A stretch of 32,196 nucleotides of DNA. Source: Blastocladiella emersonii ATCC 22665. Its lineage: Eukaryota; Fungi; Blastocladiomycota. Of this stretch, positions 1 to 8,381 are shown piece after piece. Numbering within the stretch: position 1 is the stretch's first letter; every line of letters starts with the position of its first letter. The stretch spans positions 1 through 32,196 of the forward strand of contig JANHCV010000020.1 of NCBI GenBank assembly GCA_025594325.1, written 5' to 3'. The position numbers and the translations under genes are program-made. The notes beneath the pieces are model-generated. The model worked only from the letters and a program-made list of their open reading frames with translations. It made no database searches and was not told the DNA's origin.

Positions 1-84
<84 letters not shown>
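1..84 (+). repeat. (CTG)28 microsatellite = polyQ-coding CAG tract of the C2 gene on the minus strand, cut by the window edge
   Basis: 28 perfect CTG units at 1-84, then TTG CTG TGG. On the minus strand it is in frame with ...HYQQQPQQ. Confidence 0.95.
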
Positions 85-88
<4 letters not shown>

Positions 89-918
89 TGTGGCTGCTGC
101 TGGTAGTGCGAAGGCGGGCGGTCGGGCAGCGCCGGTGGCGCGACATTTCCGCCATTTGGAACGTGGCCATGGCTCGGCGGCATGCTGGCCGACTGCGAGG
201 AGTGGGCATACCCGTAGTGTGCAGCAGTGGTGGTAGCGGTCGCCGAGGTGTGCGACGACGACGAGACCGACGCGACCGAGACGACCGAGTACCGGTGCGG
301 GTTCGAGTTGGCAAACGGGCCGCCGCCTGGCGCCACCAACTCGCCCTTTGGCGGTGGCAGCGGTGGCGGCGGAGCACCACCGCTGCCCGCGCTACCGCCT
401 GCCCCGAAACCGACACTGACACCGCCAATACCACCCGGCGAGACATGCTGCGCGGGGACGGCGCCCGTCAGGTGCGACACGACGGGGAACCCGCCCGACG
501 CGTCCGGCACCTCGGTGAGCACGCCCATCTCCGTGTGCACGCCTGCTGCCATCTGGCCAAACGACGGCGCGTTGCGGATCCCGAGGCGGCCCTCGAGCGT
601 CCCAATCACCTGGCCGGCGTGGTTCTGGATCGGCACGCGGAACTGGAACAGCGAGCCGCCGGTCGCGGGCAGGTCGCGCACGCGCAGCTGGCCGTGGCCG
701 ACGCGCGCGCCGAGCCGCTGCGAGTGGACCTCGATCTGGAGTGCGCCCTCGCGGTAGTCCTATTCGTGCGTTTGGTCGGGTCAGTGGGACTGAAAGTTGG
801 GAGAGGCCCAACACGAAGGCGCACAAACGTACGCGGTACGAGGTATTGAAGACGAGCAGCGGGGCCGTGTTCCAGCTCGCCGTCGGGCCGGCCTGCGTCG
901 CGGGCGGCGTGGTCACCT

Positions 919-954
<36 letters not shown>

Positions 955-1794
955 TGGAGGACGATCCACTGTCGCCGGCCGCCTCGTTGGCGGCGCCGCC
1001 ACTACCGGAACCAGCAGCCGTCGCAGGAGAGATTTCGAGGTACGGCTCGTGGATGTGGTTGCCCGCGACGCGCAGCAGGAGGGCCTCGAACGTGCACGTA
1101 ATGTCGTTCCACAGGTCCATGTCGAGGTCGAACAGGATCTTGCCTGCTGGATGCTTGGCGTGCTACGTGTGCGCGGACGGGTGCTCGTGAGTAGGGCGGC
1201 CAGTGCGGGCGGGTAACGGGTGGTGACGCACGTCGCGCAGCGGCAGCTCGTGCTTGATGGGCCCGCGGGCCAGCGTGAGCAGGTCTGGACGCCGAACTTG
1301 GGGTGTCAGCCGAGTTTAGGGGACGGCAGCAGCAATGGGACCGCACCGACTTCGCACGCCCCGATAAACTCGTCGCGGCGCCACCGGTCGTGGTCGTACA
1401 CCTCGATGCGGAACCGCTTGTCGCGGAGGTGCTCGACGTAGCGCTACTGGGTTTTGGCGGGCGCGGTGGGTCGGATCAGCCGCGGGTCCCCGTACGCCCA
1501 GTAACAGGAGGAAGCCGTGCGCACCGTCTCGTAGAAAAAGGTCACGTCAAAGTCCCACGCCGGATTCAGGTCGCGCTTGACGACCTCGGACTTGCCCGTC
1601 TTGAAGTTGTCGAACGAGAAGCGGAACTGCGGGTCGCTGGTGCCGTTGCTGTCGCGCGCGGGCAGGTTGAGGGCGCGCACGCTGTGCAGGCGGACGCGGA
1701 AGCGGGCGTTGCTCCCCCCGCCGGCACTTGTAGAGGAAGAGCCGGACGACAGGCCGCTGGTGCCCGTGCCGGTGCCGCCAAACGCGGAGGCCAT
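1..1794 (-). CDS. C2-domain protein (probably two C2 domains) with polyAla, Pro/Gly-rich and polyQ regions; 3' end outside window; left-arm copy
   Basis: Mirror of 30406-32196. N-terminal C2 motif RVRLHSVRALNLPARDSNGTSDPQFRF...VVKRDLNPAWD...IEVYDHDRWRRDEFIG; four GT-AG introns keep the frame. Confidence 0.85.
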
Positions 1795-2074
1795 GGTCTG
1801 TCGGTCGGGGTGTTCAGGGTGCCGTCGTCGGGTGCGCAGCGGTTGCGGCTGCTTCCATGAGATTTCGTCTGCGGGTTGGTTGCCTCGGCGGGGTGCGGGT
1901 CGAGAGGAGGGGGAGCGGCCCGCTGAGGCCCGCCGGCGGCAGAGTCCGAAAGTAAAGTGGCGGCGGCGGCGTGACCGCGTCGCTCTTTCTCTTTCCTGCC
2001 TGAGCTCGTCGGCGATGCTCTCTCCCCGGCCGGCACACTGGCCTTGAATGAAGCACTGATTAACACTGAACGTG
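1795..2074. promoter_or_regulatory. Short divergent intergenic region, probably a shared promoter of the C2 gene and the isochorismatase (mirrored at 30126-30405)
   Basis: Two ATGs face away from each other 280 bp apart. No specific element was identified. Confidence 0.5.
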
Positions 2075-2909
2075 ATGCTGTCCCGCCTGCTGCCCAAGAA
2101 TACGGCCTTTTTCCTCTGGTGAGTGAGTGCCCCGCCACGCCGCGTAACTAGCGCCTAACCCCTCGCTCGCCGCGGACAATACATACCCTGAACACACCCA
2201 GCGACGTCCAGGAGCGCTTCCGCCCGCTCATCTTCCGTTTTGCGGACGTGGTCGCCACCTCGGACAAGATGGCGCAGGCCGCCAAGGCGCTCGGCGTGCC
2301 GCTCGTCGTCACCGAGCAGAACCCGGCGCGCCTCGGCCAGACGGTCGCCGAGATTGACGTGGCACACGCCGCCGTCAACGTGCCCAAGACGCGCTTCTCC
2401 ATGGTCGTGCCCGAGGTGGCCGACCTGCTCGCCGAGCGCGCTGTCGAGAACGTGGTCGTGTTTGGCATCGAGGTGCGTGCCTTCACGTTAGACTCTGCCG
2501 TTGCCTCAAATCGCTGACAACCCTGTCCTCTCCAACAACAACAGAGCCACGTCTGCGTCACACAGACCGTCCTCGACCTCCTCGAGCAGGACCCCAAGCG
2601 CGCCGTCTACGTGCTCGCCGACGGCGTGTCGTCCATGAACCCGGCCGAGATCCCGGTCGCGCTCAAGGTTCATCCTAGCTCGTTCCCACTCGTTGCATGG
2701 ACCTGAACTCACTCGGCCTGCCCCTCGCATCGTGTGTGTAGCGCCTCTCGGCCGCGGGCGTCGTCGTCACCTCGTCCGAGTCGGTCCTGTTTGCCCTGCT
2801 CAAGGACGCCAAGCACGCCCAGTTCAAGGACGTGAGCAACCTCGTCAAGGCCTTCCAGACCCGCGGCCAGGACAATGAGCTGTTCAAGTTTGTCGCCAGC
2901 AAGCTCTGA
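2075..2909 (+). CDS. Isochorismatase-family (ISOC/YcaC-like) hydrolase, 201 aa, 4 exons (2075-2118, 2202-2472, 2545-2667, 2742-2909); left-arm copy
   Basis: Spliced product [23 protein letters not shown]...[13 protein letters not shown]...KTRFSMV...[20 protein letters not shown]...VLADGVSS...[12 protein letters not shown] carries the family motifs (CDVQE, TEQ, K-x-x-FS, GIE-x-HVCV). Exon total 606 nt. Confidence 0.92.
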
Positions 2910-4029
2910 AGACTGTTGGTTCTCGCTCGCTCTCTTCAGGCTGCGAGGATCCGGGTTGCTGGAATGCCATGTATCACTATTTGCGTGTCTTCATGTGCAT
3001 CAGTGTGTTGAGCTTGAGCGTGGGTCGGCAGCACGAAGCGGACCTGCAATGCCTCGATTGTGATCGCGATCGCGACGAACAATCATGTGACTGACGGCGG
3101 TGCGAGACGCGTCGTGTCGCGGGCGGCCGAGTGCGAGACGCGACGCGCGTGAAGTCGCGCCGCTGGCCATCGCGCGCCGCCCCCGCCCCTGCCCATGTCG
3201 ATTCCCGAAATCGCGCCTGCCGCGGCACTCGCCCCGCGGCCATCGCCTCGGGCCAAGGCGCAGGCCGATCCCGCCGTTGCTCCCGTGGTTACCGCGTCCC
3301 CCACGGCGTGGCTCGCGCGGCCATCGCGAACCCGCTGCTCACGCCCTCGCGCAGGGCACAGCAGCTGGCACAGCAGCTGGCTCAGCCTGATGGCCTCTCC
3401 TCGATGCCTCGCACCCAGGCGCCGCGTTGCGCACCCGCCGCGGCAAATAGGGAGGGATCGCGCCGCGAAGCTGGATGGATGGATGCCCTGCGCTGCAGAT
3501 CGGGATAGCGCGCGTGTATGCGCCGCGGTGAGAGACGCGGACGGGTGCCGCTCGCCACACGCCAAGGTCGACCATGACCTTGACCGGGACCCGATGGCGA
3601 TGGTCGCGTGGTCGCGTCCATCCCTTGTTGTTGCTGTTTCTGTTGCTGTTGCTGGCCGCGCGATCGCGTATCCCTGCTGCCAGCCTGGCATGGCGGGCGG
3701 CGTCACGCACGCACACACTTGGTCTGCCCCCGTTGCGTGCGTCGCGTACACATTTTGGTGGAGATAACCTGAACTACTCCTGACCCCCGCGCACGCACTC
3801 GGTCCTCGTCCACCGGCCCGACCCAGTCACCACCTCCACCACGCAGCTCGTCGCGCTGAACCCTCGCTCAGGTGCTCTCGCGACCTCTACCCTCTTCCCA
3901 AACCTGTTGCCCCACAAGCGGCCCTCCGTCTCGCCGTCGGGCCCTCCTTCAGCATCTGCCTCGGCCGCCTCGCTCCCGCTCCCAAACTCGCTGCTGCTCC
4001 GGCACCAATCATCCGTTTCCGTGGCAGCC

Positions 4030-7000
4030 ATGTCGCCCCCGTGCCCCATCAACCAGCTCTCCGGCAACTCTGGCGGCGGCGGCGGCGGCGGCGCCGGTGA
4101 CATTCCGGGCCTCGCCCGCCTCGACTCGAACCACGGCAGCCGCCCATCGCGGTTGAACGGCGGCGGCGGCGCCAGCGACGGCCCGAGCAGCCCCGATCGC
4201 CGCAAGCTCATGATCCAGGACGACGGCACGGGCAACGGCACCAGCAACACGTACAACGCAGGCTACGGCCTCGGCGGCCTCGGCGGGCTCGACAACGGCG
4301 GCGGGGGCGGTGCCACGTCGCCGTTCCCCGCATCGTCACGCAACAGCCTCGGCGGCGCCGGCGGCGGGTTCGGCGCGGGCGACGCGCTGCTCAACCCGAT
4401 GCAGGCAGCCTCGCTCGGGTTCGACATGGACGGGCACTCGAGTGGCTCGTCTTCGTCATCGCCGTTCGGTCTCTCTGGTGGCAGCGGCGGCCATGGCGGT
4501 AACACGCACCACGGTGGCGGCCACGGCCACGGCGGCCAAGAACAGCAGCAGGACCAGCGGTACGCGGGCGAGACCGAGCAGCGCGACTCGATCAACTCGT
4601 GGCGCGACTCCATGGACACGAGCCTGCGGCGCATCTTCGAGAACCTTCGTGTCGGTGCGTTTTCCTCTTGCTCATGGACTTGTTGACGTGTCGCGGTGTG
4701 GCGCAGCGCGCGTCGCCGGCTGATATCCCACCGATCACGCGCGCTGCGCCACATTCCCCGTCCTCGGCTTACTGCTGCGTCGGACCATCAGTCTCACTGC
4801 CACGGACCGCACCACATGTAGATATTGACCGCATGGAGGTCAACATCCGCCAGGCCGAGAACGAGGTCTTCCGCAAGGTACGGTCCCCCACCTCTGACCC
4901 GACCGCGAGCCTGACCAAACTGAACTGACGACCGACGACGCACCCCACCACAACCCGAAAACAGGAAGAGGAGGCCTTCTTCATGCGGCAGGACGAAATC
5001 GAAATCAACCAGCTGCTCAAGCGGCAGGCCGACGAGCTGCAGCGCGCCGAGGACGTGTACCAGGCCATGCTCGAGGAGCGCAAGACGCGCAAGCACACCA
5101 AGAAGCTGCAGGCCACGATCCACAAGGAGGCCAAGGCGCGGCACTCGAAAATGTGCTACCAGGACGAGGCCAAGCACATGGCCATGCAGCTGCGCAACAC
5201 GCTGGCGCAGCACCGCAAGCGCTTCGAGTTCCTCATCATCCACATCGAGGCCAAGCACGAGCGCCAGCGCGGCCAGCTCGAGGAGTCGCAGGAGCGCAAG
5301 ATCCGCGAGCAGCGCGCCCTGCTCGAGATCGAGACGCGCGGCCTGCGCGACGAGGTGCGCGCCGAGGTGTTCAAGGACTTCGCGTACCGCATGAACCACC
5401 AGACGGCGCTCGACAAGCACGTTGCCGAGCAGCTGCACGACCTGCAGCAGCTCGAGCTCAAGCACCGCAAGGAGCGCTTCGACGCCGAGGCCAAGGCGCT
5501 CGAGGAGGTGGCCTTTCTGCGGGCGACGCACCACCGCATCGTCAACGAGCTCGAGACCAAGCAGCGGCTCGACTACGCGGCCGAAAAGGAGCGCATCGAC
5601 GAGGCGCGCGAGAAGATCAAGCTGATGCAGCTCGACAGCAAGCACGGCGCCGAGCTCAAGTCGCTGCGCGCGCTGCACAAGGTGCAGGTGACGCTCGCCG
5701 CGCGGTCGCAGCGGCTGCTGGCGTCGCTGCGCCTGAAGAAGTGGCGCGAGATCCTGGCCGCCGAGGACGACTACGAGATTGAGACGTCGGCGAGCATGAC
5801 TGCCGCCGTCAGCCTGTCGACGGTCGGGTCGCAGGCCGCGCTCAACACGGGTGGCGGCGGTATCGGGGGTGGTGGTGCCAACGACTCGGACAATATCAGC
5901 CGGTCCGGGTCGACGAGCTCCATGGGCAGTCTCGCGCACCACTCGGCGGTCCTCGGCGGCGACGAGAGCGGCGCCGCGTCATCCTCGTTTGCGCTCGGCG
6001 GCATGGGTGGTGGTGGCATGGGCGGCTCGAGTATCGGGGGTGGCGCCGGCGGAGACGATGCCGAGACAGCCACGGCCGCGTCCGAGCAGCGCGACGCCGA
6101 CTCGGCCGCCGCGCGCCAGTTTGCCGAGGACCAGGCGCGCGCGCAGGAGCAGCTCAACCGGCTCCTCGAGCACCTCAAGGTCATGGTCGGGCGGCAGGCC
6201 GACGAGCTCAAGCGCGTGCGGCGCGAGAACGTCGAGGAGATGCGGCGGCTCGAGCGCAGCATCAAGACGCGCATGGACGAGCTCGACCTGCAGCAGGACA
6301 CGGAGATGCGCAGCATGCGCAAGTCGCACGAGTCGGCCATCAACGACATTGTCACGATGCAGCAGCGCGAGTACCAGATGGACGCCAACATCCGCGTCAC
6401 GGAGCGCAAGATGCTGACGGAGCGGCGCACGCTCAACTCGATCCTCGACGCCGTGTACGACGCCATTGTCAACATCCGCCCCGACGGCACCATCACGCGC
6501 TTCAACCTCTCGGCCGAGAAGATCTTTGGGTACAAGGCCGACGAGGTGATTGGCAAGAACGTGCGCATCCTGACCCCCGAGGAGGTGTCGCGCCGCCACG
6601 ACGGGTACCTCTCAAAGTACCTGACGACGGGCGTCAAGTCTAAGGCGTGGAACGGCATCTCCAACTTTGGCCGCCGCAAGGACTCGACGCTGTTCCCGAT
6701 CGTGCTGTCGGTCTCGGAGGTCAAGGAGGAGGACTTCCACCTGTTCACGGGCGTGGTGCGCGACGTGACCGACAAGCAGCGCAGCGAGGAGGCGGCGCGC
6801 GCCGAGCAGGAGCGCAAGGAGTCGGAGATGAAGGCGCTCATCTCGCTGCTCGACGTGGAGCGCACGAAATCGCAGTCGCTCATCAAGGAGATTCTGCCCG
6901 AGACGATCGCGGCGCAGCTGATGCGCGGCGAGGCCGTGGTCCCGCGCACGTACCCGGACGCGACGGTGCTGTACACGGACCTGGTCGGGTTCACGGCCAT

Positions 7001-7778
7001 CTCGTCGGCGGCGCGCCCGCTCGACGTGGTCGACATGCTCAACGACCTGTACTCGTCGTTCGACGAGATCATCGAGCAGTACGACGTGTACAAAGTCGAG
7101 ACGATCGGCGACTCGTACATGGTCGCCTCGGGCGTGCCCCGCCCGAACGGCACCAAGCACCTGACCGAGATGGCCAAGCTCGCGATCCACCTGGTCAAGG
7201 CGATCGGGTCCATCAAGATCCGGCACCGGGCCGATGTGACGCTGCGCATGCGCATCGGCATCCACACGGGCCCCGTGGTGGCGGGCGTCGTTGGCCGCAA
7301 GATGCCGCGGTATTGCCTGTTCGGCGACACGGTCGCGATTGCGAGCAAGATGGAGTCGTCGGGCGTGCCCATGAAGATCCAGGTCTCGGAGACGACGCAC
7401 GACCGGCTCGACGCCCTCGGCGGGTTCAACTTTGAGGCCCGCGGCGAGATGAACATTCCGGTCCGTACTACCCTACCTCTCTCGAGTGGGCGTGGTTTCG
7501 TGAGAAGCTTTGGTGGCTGACACTCGCTCCTGGTTGGCGTCACATCGTAGGGCAAGGGCATGATGCGCACCTACTTCCTCAGCGGGTGCGACGGCTTCAA
7601 CCCGACGTTCGTGCCCAAGGAGGAGGGCGCCGGATCGCCCCTCTCGGCCCTAGCCGTCAACCCCAACGCGGGTTCAACCAAGCTTGACCCCTCGGTGCCC
7701 GCCAACCCAGCCGATACCATTTCCGCTTCTCATGCCACGCATTATCAGCGTGACGACGCACGGGGTCAAGCCCTTTGA
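4030..7778 (+). CDS. GC-A: soluble helical-domain + PAS + class III guanylate-cyclase protein, ~1134 aa, 4 exons (4030-4654, 4822-4877, 4965-7460, 7551-7778)
   Basis: Cyclase motifs VLYTDLVGFT, VYKVETIGDSYM, RIGIHTGPVVAGVVG, PRYCLFGDTV, then RGEMNIP|GKGMMRTYFL across the last intron. PAS at ~6433-6773. GTP-specifying E and C present. Exon total 3405 nt. The start is inferred from the first in-frame ATG and N-terminal similarity to GC-B. Confidence 0.92.
6870..7150 (+). repeat. 281-bp block identical to 10896-11176 (cyclase domain of GC-A vs GC-B)
   Basis: Read base by base from tcgcagtcgctcatc... to ...cgcccgaacgg; offset 4026; no mismatch found by eye. Confidence 0.9.
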
Positions 7779-8381
7779 AATTTCGCGTTCGTTCGTCATG
7801 CACTTCTCAACCAACTTCTGGTACGGGATTTCGTGTCGGGACCTCTCCTGCGTTTCCAAACGACTGCTGACAGGACGTCACTAGTTCATTGCCTCTGTGT
7901 TTAGGTCCAATTCGTAATGGGAGACAATATGAGCCGCACATTCGCATCGCTCGCTTGCCCGTGAAAATCACGTGATGCGACGCGTTCTGGGAGATGTCTC
8001 ACACGCGAACGCGTTCCAACACCACCGGCGGAGAGGAGCAGGTCCAAGTGTGCGCAACGTGGAGAATTCCTGCCGTGATATCCCCCATCGGCCTTGGTAA
8101 CCTGTCCCGCCAGCCACTCGCTTACTGCAAGGTCACCCTTGGCCCCCCCTCCCTCTCGCCCCTAGACCACTTCTCCTCCTACTGGCATACCGGACATCGA
8201 GCAATTCTCGGTGTATCTTTACTCGGGTCATAGAAGTATCGCCATAGTACGCATCCATGATCACATCGGCAGTGAGTGGGCCAGGACACAACTAACTGTG
8301 TGATCGCTCGCATTCTCCAGGCCGATTCGTAACGCTCACCCTTAGATTTGAGGCTACCTGTCGCTTGTCCTCGTTCCCAAA

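Larger units (their letters stand above)
4..7651. repeat. Left arm of a ~7.65 kb inverted repeat (partner 24549-32196)
   Basis: Every ORF in the track from 85 to ~7570 has a mirror ORF with identical length and translation at 32200-x (e.g. 85..849+ / 31351..32115-, 4983..7520+ / 24680..27217-). Spot checks of intergenic DNA also match. First mismatch read by eye is at 7652 (A) vs 24548 (reads C on the minus strand). Full base-by-base identity was not computed. Confidence 0.97.

Noticed and set aside
1-84. CTG/CAG terminal tracts as telomeric repeats of a linear mini-chromosome
   Set aside because: The tract is in frame with an open exon and grades into CAG/CAA/CCA Gln-Pro codons, so it is coding polyQ, not a telomere.
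921-953. (GCG)n run as a regulatory repeat
   Set aside because: Encodes the polyAla stretch of the C2 gene on the minus strand.
2910-4029. Overlapping 60-220 aa ORFs upstream of GC-A (mirrored at 28171-29290)
   Set aside because: Arg/Ala/Pro-rich in all frames with no codon or domain signal; more likely promoter/5'UTR. Short repeats here (gtgcgagacgcg at 3100 and 3131; ggcacagcagct x2 near 3355) are too short to call.
5771-7570. Long antisense ORFs over the cyclase genes (599 aa, 382 aa, 270-285 aa and mirrors)
   Set aside because: Shadows of strongly GC3-biased sense codons, with no recognisable motifs.
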